A DNA stretch of 64,000 nucleotides. Source: Octopus sinensis (lineage: Eukaryota). The DNA lies in assembly GCF_006345805.1 (NCBI RefSeq), contig NC_043020.1, positions 248,001 through 312,000 of the forward strand, given 5' to 3'. Shown here in pieces: positions 25,848-39,030 of this stretch. Every line of letters begins with the position of its first letter. Positions within the stretch are counted from its first letter, which is position 1. A program made the translations under genes and the position numbers. The notes beneath the pieces were generated by a model. That model saw nothing but the letters and a program-made list of their open reading frames with translations. It made no database searches and was not told the origin of the DNA.

Positions 25848-26137
25848 TTAAGCAGAGATTAAACTCTCAGACCTATATTTTTGACACAGCCTTATTTATA
25901 CAAGAGGCTCATTGTGAGTAAGTGACCGAGAGAGGTGAACTCCCAGCCTGAGAAATAACGGAACATGGAATTAAAATATTTCGTAGACATATGATGATGA
26001 TGATGGTGGTGGTAGTGCTGATGATGATGGCAATAACGGTGGAGGTTGCATTGACTGTAACAAGCGCTACAATGGTTACTCAAAATAGCGAGGTCCAATA
26101 AATTAATACTACTTCAGTTATACCTGCAAAGAAGAAA

Positions 26138-26187
26138 TAATAATAATAATAATGATAATAATAATAATGATAATAATAATAATAATG

Positions 26188-26281
<94 letters not shown>

Positions 26282-26318
26282 TGATAGTAATAATAATGAT
26301 AGTAATAATAATAATAAT
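26138..26318. repeat. (AAT)n with ATG/AGT variants
   Basis: Direct inspection. Confidence 0.95.
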
Positions 26319-26689
26319 GGTAAAGAACCAGGCGTAATTCACACATTATTTACTCTTGTGAATAGATGTCCAATGGCATGTGAAATGGTACTAAAAATAT
26401 CGGTAGAGTATTACTGTGCAGCAACACCAATATATATATATATATATTGCTTACGTTGCAGGAGATATGTATTAAAATTTTCTACTACTGATTCTTTGAT
26501 GTGGTTTTTGGCTGCAACATAATCGATGCAGTACCAGCACTGGAAGCTGCACCAAAGCAATTGCATTACTTAATGTTGCTGGAGACAAATGTTTTGAAAA
26601 ATGTCTGTTGCTGAAGTCTCTCTGTGTGTTGCCTAGGTGTTCGTGGATTAAAAGTATATACAGAATTATTATCATTATTTTCTTTTCTT

Positions 26690-26704
26690 ATAATGATGAT
26701 GATG

Positions 26705-26757
<53 letters not shown>

Positions 26758-26853
26758 CATCATCATCATCATTATTATCATCATTATTATTATTATTATT
26801 ATCATCATTATTATCTATTATTATGATTATTGTTGTTGTTGTTATTATTATTA

Positions 26854-26884
<31 letters not shown>

Positions 26885-26978
26885 CATCATTATTATTATA
26901 TTATTATCATTATTATCATCATTATTATTATTATCATCATCATTATCATTATCATCATTATTTTTATTATCATCATTA

Positions 26979-27014
<36 letters not shown>

Positions 27015-27045
27015 TATTATTATCATTATTATTATTTATTATTTA

Positions 27046-27093
<48 letters not shown>

Positions 27094-27105
27094 GTTATTA
27101 TTTTT
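26690..27105. repeat. (GAT)(AAT)n switching to (ATC)/(ATT)n compound tract
   Basis: Direct inspection. Confidence 0.95.
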
Positions 27106-27837
27106 TTTCAGTGAGATCAAGAATAGAAACACAGATATATGACTGTGCAAAAAATAAAAAGTGATTTTGCTTGCTGTGGTTTGTTTAAAGTTTCAATGTA
27201 CCAAGGAATGTTTGGAAAACCTGGGTTTACACCCGTTACGTAACCTCACATTCTCTTCTTGCTTTATGTTTTTAGTGCAACCCAAAGAAAATTCTAGCAA
27301 AATTTTTATTTCATTATGACATATAATAGGTAATTTGATATAATTTATTTTTGAAAAAAAACGCAGGAGAATCAGAAATCCTGAAAAACCTTGGAATCAA
27401 AGATGGTAAGAAAGGGTACTGAAAAATATGTCTAAATACGTAGAAATCAGCATTCTTGATTATCCTCACTGGAAAATAAAAATTGATAAATTACATCCCT
27501 TGATTTATTTCCTCAAAAATATCTTTTTACCTCATCATGATTTAATCATGCAATAAGTCTTCTTTTTTCTTTTTCTTTTTTCACGCATTTCTCATATAAA
27601 AGGTAAGTTAGTATAAGTGTGTGTATGTGTGTGTGTCTGTGTGTCTATGTGGTGGTGGTGGTGGGTAGTGATGAGAGAGAGTCTTCCTTTTCTTGAACAT
27701 TTTTTTTTTCCTTTGGACTTGGTTTATATCCAGGAGTATTTCTGAAATTTTTGCTTTCTATTTTATTTACTTCTAGATTATTATTATGATTATTATTATT
27801 GTTGTTGTTGTTATTATTATTATTATTATTATTAGTA

Positions 27838-27940
<103 letters not shown>

Positions 27941-28399
27941 CATTATTATTATTGTTGTTGTTGTTTTTTGGTTGAATCTTCTAGAATTTTCTTATTTTTC
28001 ATTCTGCACCACCCACCCACCCACCCACCGCTCCCCTTTTTTTACTCCCGATAGTTACTATTTTATTTTATTGTTGACTAGATAAAGTTATATTTTACGT
28101 ACGCATATCTATCTATATACATTTTTTTTTCTTCTTTCTCTCTCTCTTCACGATCCAATCAGTGAATGATTTAAGCTGCAAGAAAGTAAGTCTGATAAAA
28201 GAAGTTTTGCAGCATACAGGATCTATGGATATTATCTCTCTATTCACCACAACCTTTTCATTGTAATCATTTGGAAAGTATTTTATCTCCTTTCTATTCA
28301 CATTCTTTTCCATGGTTCTTTACCACAAGATGAAAGATAATGTAGCAGTATTCTATCTACGTATGTTTGCATACATGTATGTGTGTGTGTGCAAATGTA

Positions 28400-28457
<58 letters not shown>

Positions 28458-28468
28458 CTATCTATCTA

Positions 28469-28500
<32 letters not shown>

Positions 28501-28724
28501 CATATATCTCTATATATATATGTGTGTGTGTGTGTATATACTATATATATATATGTGTATGTATATATATGTGTATGTATACTATATATATATGTATGTA
28601 TATACTATATATATATATATATGTATACTATATATATATATATATATGTATGTATACTATATATATATAATATATATATATATAATATATATATATATAT
28701 ACTATATATATATATATATATATA

Positions 28725-28770
<46 letters not shown>

Positions 28771-28848
28771 ACTATATATATATATATATATACTATATAT
28801 ATATATTATATATATATATGTATGTATGTATGTATACTATATATATAG
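28400..28848. repeat. (TA)n tract with recurring TATGTATGTATACTATA higher-order unit
   Basis: Direct inspection. Confidence 0.9.
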
Positions 28849-29254
28849 AGATTTGTGTGTATGTATCTTGGAATTTTTGGAATTCGCGCTTTGATATCTT
28901 TTTATAGAATTCACACTTATTTCCATGTATTTCATAGAATCCATAATTATTTTGCATCTTTGTTTCATTGTTGAGTGTTGTTGTTGTTGTTATTGCTATT
29001 GTTATTATTATTATTCCTTGTCAAACCAGAATCTTGTTTTTACTAAACCCAATATATTTCCTATAGCTACTTTTTACTATCATGTTAGAAACATTTTGAT
29101 TTAAAACTATAATCAATATAAGGTATTCAGCTTTGTCCCTTTTGTTTGTTTGTTTTTTGTTTTTACATAGTATGAAAATGAAGGACGGTTGTCATAGATA
29201 CGAAAATCCCTACTAAGCTGGTAATATTCAGTTTGAATTTCTATTTGCTATTGT

Positions 29255-29332
29255 TATGGACCGTGAAGTCTGGCGTAGCATTGTAAATTCCATTGTCTCG
29301 ACCACGGTCGAACAATGATGATGATGATGATA
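29255..29332 (+). mobile_element. 3' end of RTE/RTEX-like LINE
   Basis: MDREVWRSIVNSIVSTTVEQ* followed by (TGA)n. Second copy at 37635-37712. Confidence 0.65.
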
Positions 29333-29539
29333 ATGGGCCAGGTTCCAACCTGGGCCACACTTCTTGGTCCAGTGTCATTGGCTTGAAGTCCTGGATGCAT
29401 TTCAGGCCAGTGTCTGCAATCAATTTGTCGATGTGTGACAATGTTTTCCTCTTTTTAGATCACCATGAAGTGGAACCCACTGGACTAAGTTGGATGATTT
29501 CCCCTCAGGGTGGCACTTGCAGTGACCAGACAGTTTCCA

Positions 29540-29700
29540 CCATCTTTGCCTGATCTTATATGGTAGTGAAACATTGACACTGACAAAGAAATTATCAAAC
29601 AAACTAGATGGCTGCTCCACAAAGACATTAAAGATATCCCCAAATGTGAAATGGCAGCAGCATGACAAACAAATTTGTATGTGTTGATGCTTTGGGGAGA
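29540..29700 (+). mobile_element. RTE/RTEX-like LINE ORF2 C-terminal relic
   Basis: LYGSETLTLTKKLSNKLDGCSTKTLKISPNVKWQQH resembles the LLYG.E.WTLT...LDG.YTRMLR..LN..W.QH motif. Confidence 0.65.
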
Positions 29701-29924
29701 CAATGTGGAGCAATGTTTAGGACAGGGTTTGGTTGGGCACAGAAGGGCTGATGATGAGAAGCGACAAGGAAGCTTCAACAAGTGAGCTTGAGCAGAGGTG
29801 GGGGTCAGTGACTGCTGGAGACGGAGGGAGTCTTTAGTATGTCTGTGGGGGAGCAGATGGATATTTGGAAGAGGAATTTTACCATTCAGATGAATAAGCT
29901 TTTTTTATTGTTATTTAAGTAATC

Positions 29925-30150
29925 CTGGACCAGGCTGCGTGTTGTGTTCTTGAGCAAGATGCTTTATTTCACGTTGCTCCAGTTCACTGATGTGTAGAAA
30001 TGAGTTGCAACATCACTGATGCCAAGCTATATCGACCCCTTTCCCTTTCCCTTGGATAACATTGGTGGCATGGAGAGGGGAGGCTGGTATACATGTATGA
30101 CTGCTGTTCTCCAATAAACAACCTTGCCCAGACTTGTGCTTGTGCAAGCC
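29925..30150 (+). mobile_element. CORE-like SINE of a second family
   Basis: GTTGTGTTCTTGAGCAAGATGCTTTATTTCACGTTGCTCCAG core-like segment. Confidence 0.55.
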
Positions 30151-32329
30151 CATGGTCAGTGTCTCACCGAAGAGGGTCACACAGGTTATTATATCAGGGA
30201 TACTTGGTTGTTATTTCTTGCGGGTCAAGCAGCTGCATGGAAACTCCTTTGTTGGCTTATTACGATGACAGCAATGACGATGGCAATAGACACATAATTA
30301 ACTAACTCTGTAACATTGTGTTAGAAGTAATACTAGCTAACATTATACCTTTTACTGTTGTGAATAGCTTTAAATGTCTATATACTATCGATTCAATGTG
30401 TTTTCGCTATTCTCAAGTTCTTTTAAAGTGTACTTGTTGTAACTGAATTCAATTTCTGTTAAGAGGTTTTTGGAATCATTCAAATTTCTATGAAAATTTA
30501 ACAATGAATAAAATAAATCAAAAGTTTCTCATTTTCAGTGTATAAAAGTTAGGACCTGATACTATTTCAAAGTGTGTCTTTACATGAATCTCATTGAAGT
30601 CAAACATGTTTCTCGTTTGTATGCAGCTATTTCACACCAAGTAAACAAAACTGAACATTTATTTGTGCTGTTATTTTCTTCGTTATTTATTGTCGTCAGC
30701 ATCAGTTCCCAAACTTGCAGTTGATTCCAGTTAGAACTATCACACCTATATAAGGTAGCAATGCATGCAAGTTCAACCTTAGTTCAATTTTCATTCTGTC
30801 AATGTGGTTCGGTTAATTACCACCGGCAGGGTAACCTCTGAAACTCGAGTGACTTTCATCATCACTTCTAAATGGTCCATTATGACACCTTGCCTGATGC
30901 TAATCAATTTATTATCTAAGGTTCAATAGCTCTGTTATTGTGCTATCAGCTCTGGTGGTATGAGCCTGTATGAGCCAGTGGATCATTACAATATGCTCCG
31001 GGGACTATTTGATATTCTATGTGTTGTTTCAGTTTAGTTTATTGGTGGTAAATTGGTTTCAGGTTGGTTAACAATGTTGTTATCTGTGATATAATTACAT
31101 CATATGCAGGAAAAGATTTATCCCTTAATTGCTCAACAGTATACAACCAAAAGATAAAGCATTGGTTTAATAAGTCTGTAACACTCGTGGAGACATCCTA
31201 GTTACTATATTATTAGTGGAAGTTTCAAAACCTCGCTGAATTATATGTGGAAATAAATCTATTATAAGTGTTTTTGGTAGCCTTAATAAGAAGGACTTAA
31301 TCGTAGGTTATCTTTTAGACAGTAAGAAGAAATGTAGCTAATTGCAACAAGATAAATTTGCTGTTATGTTATTGCATGTTTTAGAGCACGAAGGACTTCT
31401 ATGGTTAAGATTCAAATAGCCTCAAAGTTATGACCCTGCACCCTGTCACTCACTGGAATTGCCTTGTTATTTCAGCATATAGTGTATTATTCTGTTTTGC
31501 TGTAGTCAACCTAGCTTAAAATAGGTGTCACTCACAATTCACAGTTGATTGATTAATGTTGGAAAGATCACCCAACTGTAATGCATACGTTCTTCATTTC
31601 CTGCAAATTCCTGTATTTCGTAAAAACCATCCATGCTAGCTATAGCATGTTTGAAAATGGAAGCCAAGAAAGAGGAGGGAAAAAAATAAGAAAGAAGAAT
31701 AAAATGCTATGGATTTATAATCACTGTCAGTTCATAGTTTTGAAATAAATATATGCATGTTTGTACATGTGACACTGGAATCACTGCAGAAAATAATTTG
31801 TGGTTTTAAGCAGCAGCAGTGTTATTTTTGACCATAATCACATCTTTTCTTTAGATTTTCCATCTAGCTTTTCAACAATGCTTTCAATTAAATGTATTAT
31901 TCAACCAGTTTTTTTATGTAACAAAACTAAGAAAGAAAAGTCATCAAAATTGACAGGAAAATGTGTGAAAAAATAAATAGAAAAGAAAAAAGCACTTTAA
32001 ATGGGTTTCCATTTTAATTCCCTTTACATTTTTATGGTTGCTTAAAATAAATGTACTTAATTTAGAATTTACATTTAAAAAAAAAAAATTGTATTCAAAG
32101 CTTCCACCCACTCATTTCTATTATTATAATTATTTTTTTTCACAACCTTAAGCTGAAATAAACCTTTTAGCTAATTAAGTCCTCCCATGCTAAATGACAA
32201 ATGGCTGTAACCTCATAGATTTGATTACTCTGTAGTTTATATGCTCAGCTTCAAATAGTTATTGTTAACATTTAAAAATAAGAATTAAAAATATTGTAAT
32301 TAATGACTTTTAACAGACCCACAAGAGGC

Positions 32330-33340
32330 TACTTGTTTTTCAGGGGTGATGAAGTGGAAATGTGTGTGTAGATATAGCCAATTACATTAACTCAGTACAT
32401 GACTGGTGCTTGTTTTATCAACCCTTGGGGATTGAAATATGAAGTCAATTCTGAGAGGATTTGACCTCTCACCATACATAACTAAATGTGAGATATTTTT
32501 CTGACACTCTGCCACTTCTGCCTCAGAACTCAAAGTGCTAGAACACGTACTGTAAAACACTTCGTCTGACATTTTTACAATTTTGCCACTCTACAACTTT
32601 GGATTGGTATTTTAACAACTCTTAACCCTTTGGTTACCAACCCAGCTGAAACCGGCCCTAGCTCTGAGTACAAATGTCTTGTTTTCATAAGTTTGGAATT
32701 AAAATCTTCCACCAAACCTTAGTCACAAGTTATGACCCTAACACTGGCTGAATGATAACTAAATTATTTTACTAAATTGTTTGTTATATTTAAAGTAAGT
32801 GAAAGAAACACAGAGCATCTCAACAGAAATACAGTAATGAAAGGGTTAAATAGTGGAAGCAAAGTTGGCTTCAGCAAGGCTGTCTTCATAATAATATTAT
32901 CCTTTCTACTGTAGGCACAATGTCTGGAATTTTAGAGGAGGGGTCTAGTCGATTACATCGATCCCAGTACTCAACTGATACTAATTTTATTGATCCCAAA
33001 AGGATGAAGAGCAAAGTTGACTCCAGTGAAATTTGAACTCAGAAGGTAAAGACAGACAAAATGCTGCTAAGCATTTCGCCCAATGTGCTTACAATTCTGC
33101 CGCTCGCTGCCTTAATCATAATGGAAATAATTTTTTTTTTACTATAGGCACAAAGGCTGAGGTTTGTAGGTAGGCACTATTTGAGTGCATCAGTCCCAAG
33201 TGCTCAACTGGTATTTATTTATTTTATTGACCTGAAAGGATGTCAAAGTTGACCTCGGTGGAATTGAACTCCAAATGTAAAGCCAGAAGAAATACCTCTT
33301 AGTATTTTTGTCTAGTGTGCTAACAATTCAGCCAGCTCAC
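32330..33340 (-). mobile_element. Cluster of three diverged Nin/Deu-like SINEs (with a MITE between the first two)
   Basis: Repeated TTTATTGA(T)CCC..AAGGATG..AAAGTTGAC..GAACTCAGAA on plus at about 32410, 32985 and 33220. Confidence 0.7.
32626..32845. mobile_element. piggyBac-type MITE family A (220 bp, opposite orientation)
   Basis: TTAA|CCCTTTGGTTACCAACCC...GTAATGAAAGGG|TTAA. Reverse complement of the 12846 copy. Confidence 0.85.
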
Positions 33341-33559
33341 TACTTCTCTTAAGATAATGATGATGATGATGGACACACCTATCAAAGATGACGTATGAGC
33401 TTTCAACTTTTGCCAAACAATTTGCTCTATTTGTTTATGGTGATCAAATGTTTGTGCCACACAGCTCTCTCTCCATCAAATCAATGTTGTCTGAAAAGGT
33501 GCTTGGTGTGCCACACATCAGGTGTTTAGGCTGTTGCACTCATAAAGTTGTGTTTTCAA

Positions 33560-33770
33560 TTCTTGGATCAGGGGATGCATTGAGTTCTTGAGACTCACTC
33601 TTCATTTCACTTTGCTTTGAGTCACTCGGCTGTGAGTGAGTCCCAGCTGGTAAGTTAACCCTGCAATGAACCAGTGTTCCATCCAGGGGTGGAGTTTTGC
33701 AACCCCAGTCACTTATATTCAGTGGAATCCAGGTTAAACTGTAGCCTTATGAGTCCTAGGACTCGTCTTC
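33560..33770 (+). mobile_element. Ancient SINE relic (CORE/V-domain-like)
   Basis: AACCCTGCAATGAACCAGTGTTCCATCCAGGGGTGGAG resembles the AACCCTGCGATGGACTAGCATCCCATCCAGGGGG segment of widespread metazoan SINEs (from memory). Confidence 0.4.
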
Positions 33771-34714
33771 TTCTAGCCGCTCAGTCGAAGTTGACTCTCG
33801 GTCACTCGTTGGATCAGTGTCCTCCAGTCAGTTCTATGCTGGGCCGCTTCTTTCAGACTGGCTCGTACCAAAGTTTAATCTTAAGTCTGTTCAATATCTG
33901 CAGTAGGACTCATACCGACTTTTAGAAAAATGGTGAAGTTAAGCCTTTTGGACTTATTGCCAATCATGTTTATCTCTTTATTAACATTAATGCTTGTGTG
34001 AGTTAAAGAGTTAAATATATAAAGCTAAACTGCAGTGTCATCACAAATGATAAAAAGTAATCAAAATGATTGTAAAATTAATCATAAAAAAAAATTGTCT
34101 AAGTATTTGCAAGGAATAAAAACTTCTGGCATGTTCCCATGAAGAAGCTTAGAGATATTAATCCTAAAATAAATAACAGATTTGGTTTCATCTTTCTTCT
34201 TCAACAGCCCCTACCTCAGCTCTTCTCATTTCCCCCTTTTCTCCCCACTGTGCTCTCTCTCTCCCTACTGCACTCTCTCTGTCTCTCTCTCTGTCTCTCT
34301 CTCTCTCTCTCTTTCTCTAAGTAACTGAAAATGAGAACAGAGATATGATGGAAATGAAGTAAACAGTGACTACTTGTGTAACTCAATTCACTTAACTCTT
34401 CTCACCTTCTTTTCTAAATTAGTTTTGCACTGTATTTATTGTATATCAGAGTAGGCAATCTATGGCTATAGCATCATAAGTTTTGAAGGGGCCAGCCACT
34501 AGTACACTGCACTTCCAATGATGAGAGGGACAAAAGAGTTGTCTGTAACTTGGTGCAGAACAACAATCACAATGAATTTCATTTGAAAAGCACCAGTTTT
34601 TGAGTTTTCATAATGATCTACGTATGATTCCTCTGATATAAAGCACAGAAAAAGTTTAGGGAGTGGGTAGATTGGAGGGGGAATCATCTTTTCTCATACA
34701 TTTTATTTTTTTGT

Positions 34715-34760
34715 TCTTTCTTCTGATGAAGGACTAGTGTCCAAAACATGAAGGCTCTTG
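34715..34760 (+). ncRNA. Hammerhead-like motif, CpG-decayed
   Basis: CTT-CTGATGA-A-GGAC-TAGT-GTCC-AAAAC-ATG-AAG. Intact core and stem II; GAAAC and ACGT are each altered at a CpG. Confidence 0.45.
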
Positions 34761-34929
34761 CCCTTCTTCTTGAGTGTCAGACTAATACATTTGGTAAAAC
34801 TTGGTCCTCCTTTGCTATCTTTTTTTTGTGCACTTTGCTTAATACACACACACATCACTGTCATGATCAAATTACTGAATGATGTTACGCATTGTGTTGT
34901 AGCTTTCGAATGATTCCATGTTGCAGGAC

Positions 34930-35062
34930 ATATAAAAGTCAATACTCCTCAATCTGTGTCTATGGTAGGTGGAGATACTTGCCCAAGGTGCTGCGCAGTG
35001 GTGGGGTTCAACGCAGAACGATGTGGTTACAAAGCAGGTTTCTTAACATCACAGCCATCCAT
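34930..35062 (-). mobile_element. CORE-like SINE 5' part
   Basis: ACTTGCCCAAGGTGCTGCGCAGTGG...ACATCACAGCCAT. Confidence 0.7.
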
Positions 35063-35239
35063 AACTCATTGTTGCAAGGAATTATTAATATTTCAAATCC
35101 CATTGACAGTAGCTTTTAATTTCATCCTTCTAAGGGCATTAAAATAAAGGACCAGGCAAGTACTATGCAATCAACTAATCTCCTCCTACAAAAAAAAATT
35201 GTTCACCAAATGCCTAAACTAGAATTGTGTCTCAAACAA

Positions 35240-36410
35240 AATGCCTAGTAGTATTTCTTCTGATTCTTTACATTTTGAGTTCAAATCCTCCTGCGGTTAA
35301 CTTTGCTTTTCATCTATACAGGGTCGATAAAATAAGTACCAGTGGAACATTGGAGTTGATGAAATTGACTTATCTTAGTCCCCTAAAACTGTTGGCATTG
35401 TGCGAAAATTTGAAACCATCATTATTACTTCCAGCCCCTTTCTCTCTGAGCTCAAATCTTGCTGAGGTCAGCTTTGCCTTTCATCAATAAATCAATAAAA
35501 TAAGTGTCAGTTTAGCACTGGTACTAATGTAATCGACTTACTCCTCCTCTAAGATTACTGGCCTTGTGCCAAAATTTGAGACCATTATTATTATTATTAT
35601 TATCATCATCATCATTATCATCATCATCTAAGGCAGCAAGTTAGCACAATCTTAGTGGAATTTCAGTCGTTCTGAGTTCAAATTCCACTGAGGCTGATTT
35701 TGACTGGCTTCCGTGCTGGTGGCACATAAAAAGCACCAACCGAGTGTGGCTGTTGCCAGCCCCCTCTGGCCCCTGTGCCGGTGGCATGTAAAAAGCACCC
35801 ACTACACTCACGGAGTGGTTGACATTAGGAAGGGCATCCAGCTGTAGAAACACTGCCAGATCAGACTGGAGCCTGGTGCAGCCTTCTGACTTCGCAGACC
35901 TCAGTCGAACCGTCCAACCCATGCTAGCATGGAAACCAAGCGTTAAACGATGATGATGATGATCTTAGTGGAATTTCAGCCGTGTTTATGTTCTGAGTTC
36001 AAATTCCATTGAGGTTGACTTTGCCTTTTTATTCTTTCGGAGTCGATAAAATAAGTACCCATTACTTTATTACCCACAAGGGGCTAAACACAGAGGGGAC
36101 AAACAAGGACAGACATAGGTATTAAGTCGATTACATCGACCCCAGTGCGTAACTGGTACTTAATTTATCGACCCCGAAAGGATGAAAGGCAAAGTCGACC
36201 TTGGCGGAATTTGAACTCAGAATGTAACGGCAGACAAAATACCGCTAAGCATTTCGCCCGGCGTGCTAACATTTCTGCCAGCTCGCTGCCTTTTAAATAA
36301 AGCTCGATAAAATAAGTACCAGTTGAATACTGGGGTCGACGTAATCAACTCATCCCCTCCCCCAAAATTGCTGCCCTTGTGGCAAAATTTGAAACTATTA
36401 TTTCTTTTTA
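35240..36410. mobile_element. Nested retroposon pile: several Nin-like SINEs, an RTE tail (35700-35960, +) and a young Nin-like SINE (36060-36303, -)
   Basis: The young copy is flanked by a 17-bp duplication TCGATAAAATAAGTACC (36043-36059 and 36304-36320). The RTE tail ends GTTAAACGATGATGATG. Confidence 0.85.
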
Positions 36411-36699
36411 GTAAAAGTTGTTCCGCTAGACATTACATATATTCATTGTATCATAATTTATAGCCCTATGTATTTTGTTTACGTCTCGTGTTTTGGTTTG
36501 ACTTATTATATTAAATGTGTTGAAAGTCTCCTTTATACATAGTAACATTATTATTTTTTTGTGTCTATGTATTTATGTAATCCTCTTACTATAATTTCCA
36601 GTATCTTTTTCACTCAGTTCCAAGGTGCCTATTATTATGGAGATTGCTTGTCTTCGCCCCACCCCCACCACCCCCACCGTCATCACATTGCCCGTTGGT

Positions 36700-36960
36700 G
36701 TTTCTAATTGTTTACCATGTCTTTCAGAGATATATATTGATATCTGTTAGAATTGATACGTCAGTTGGGAGGCATTTTTTCTTGATGTTCTTTGTCAATA
36801 TGTCTGAGTTATTTTCCTAAATGTCCCTTATCTCTGTGAACCAAATGTCTCAAGTGTCCCAGAGTATGGTCACCTTGTCAATCTCTGCAACCTTTTGTGA
36901 TGTATGCGTTGCTATCTTTTCTTTTCCTGTGGATTATCATTGTTTAGCTCCAAGTCTGAC
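36700..36960 (-). mobile_element. Second R4/Dong-clade relic (REL endonuclease region)
   Basis: Minus strand: KVAEIDKVTILWDT*...NNSDILTKNIKKKCLPTDVSILTDINISLK, matching the ILWD...RPDI...C..IDVSIP.D.N motif with stops. Confidence 0.6.
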
Positions 36961-37289
36961 CCTGATTGGGCAGAACTATGATCAGATCTGTTCCATACAT
37001 AACCATTCTGCATTTATTTTATTTTATCTTTCTAAGACATACATTATCTATTGTGCCATTTTAAGATAATGGAATATGAGTCAAAGGGATTTGGCTGCTA
37101 TTTCCAGCAGTTTGAGTAATGGTGTAGAGTAATAGTTTTCAATCTTTTTGACTTCATAATGCACTTCACATTGAAATTTAGAAATTACTGACTCAGGGGA
37201 AGGTGAAAAAGAAAAGACTTACGTATGTTTTACAGCTAAAAATTTTGAAAGCAAGTGTAGAAAACTGTTGCTTACTATTGATGACAAAT

Positions 37290-37490
37290 CATGGTCTACA
37301 TTTAGTTACCATGCTTATCCAAAACACACAAGTACCATTGCAGCATTCTGGTATGCAATGCTGCCTGCCCAATTTGGGGGCCACTGTCATAGTCCCCATC
37401 GTTGGTATTGTTCTTTTAGTTTTTGTACACTGACAAGCAAATCTGTGGTATTGAGCAGAATATTTGCTGTAGCCCATCTTTTATTATTAC

Positions 37491-37528
<38 letters not shown>

Positions 37529-37715
37529 TATTATCATTATTCTCCTCTGGAAGCCATCTGCTCACGATACCAGAGGGCACACACTTTCCTACCCTGATGG
37601 AATCTCCAGGAATACAGGCATCCAGCAACAGGACCTCTGTAATGCTCTGATGGACTGTGAAGTCTGGTGTAACATAATAAATTCCATTGTCTCGATCACA
37701 GTCGAACAATGATAA
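37290..37715 (+). mobile_element. RTE/RTEX-like LINE 3' relic split by (ATT)n
   Basis: QFGGHCH then YPDGISRNTGIQQQDLCNALMDCEVW...VEQ*. Confidence 0.6.
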
Positions 37716-37717
37716 TG

Positions 37718-37767
<50 letters not shown>

Positions 37768-37803
37768 TATCATTATTATTATTACTATTATTATTATTAT
37801 TAC

Positions 37804-37843
<40 letters not shown>

Positions 37844-38819
37844 GTTATTGTTATTATTATTATTATTATAATATCTAAAGTGTAATGGTATTATCATCAT
37901 ATATATAGAGAGAGAGAGACAGCATGGTTACCATTTCTAAAGCATGTTTTCCTCACAACTCATTTCTGATGGCAATGTAGACTTATAAATTGGTAAACAT
38001 TATTTTAACATTTATAATTATTCTAAACTAGTGAAAAGTATTGATACATTATATTCAAATCGACTGTGTTCAATATATTTTATTGTCATTGTGTTTTAAC
38101 AAGTACACTGAAAATTTATTGGTAGCTAAAGCTGCAATAGTAGTTGATTCATTTCAAAATAATCTACTTTGGAAAATATATAACCTGCTACATACAATAC
38201 ACTATTTGAGTTCTGTAATCATACAATATTATGATAGCAACATAGCAATGTATATATGGAGGTAGATAGAGAGAGAGATTTATTTGCATTAATAATTATG
38301 GTGAGTGAGTAGGCATGTCTGGGTGAATATAGAGTTCACTTTTAAACCTTGTGGTTTTGAGTTCTAGTTCACTGCATTGTACCTGAGGTAAGGGTTTCTA
38401 CTTTAGCCTCAGGCTAACCAATGTCTCGTGAGTGGAATTGATAGATGAAAACTGTGTGAAATCTCCTCATTTAAATGTGTGTGTGTACATGTGAATGTTT
38501 GTATTCTGTGTTTTCTTATGAAAGCATTTGAGCTAAACGAAAAAAAAATAAAATTAATGTTTAGTTGACATTCTCTATTAAAGCACCCTGTACTGCCATG
38601 GTTTCAATATGCTGAATTTTAAAACCCCTTACTTGAAACAGGGTAAAGGTTAGCAACAGGAAGGGCATTTGGTTTTCAAACAACATCTCCGTAAATTTTC
38701 ATCTAACTCATGCTTGCATGGAAAAATAGATGTAAAACAAATTAATGAACAAGCACAGTACTCAGTAATACAGTGTACAATACACACACACACTCTCTCT
38801 CTCTCTCTCTCTCACACAC

Positions 38820-39030
38820 ACATTGGTTCCAAATTTTGGAACAAGGCCTGCAATTTTGAGGGAGAGGGGTTAATGTGATTAACCCCAGTGTTCAACTAGT
38901 ATTTATTTTTATTGACCCTGAAAGGATGAAAGGCAAAGCCAGCACCTGATAGTATTTGAACTCAGAACATACAATCAGAAGAAACACCTCTAAGCATTCA
39001 TTTCTAGTGCGGTAATAATTCTGCCAGCTT
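38820..39030 (-). mobile_element. Nin/Deu-like SINE
   Basis: AACAAGGCCTGCAATTTTGAGGG...GACCCTGAAAGGATGAAAGGCAAAG...GAACTCAGAAC. Confidence 0.75.
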
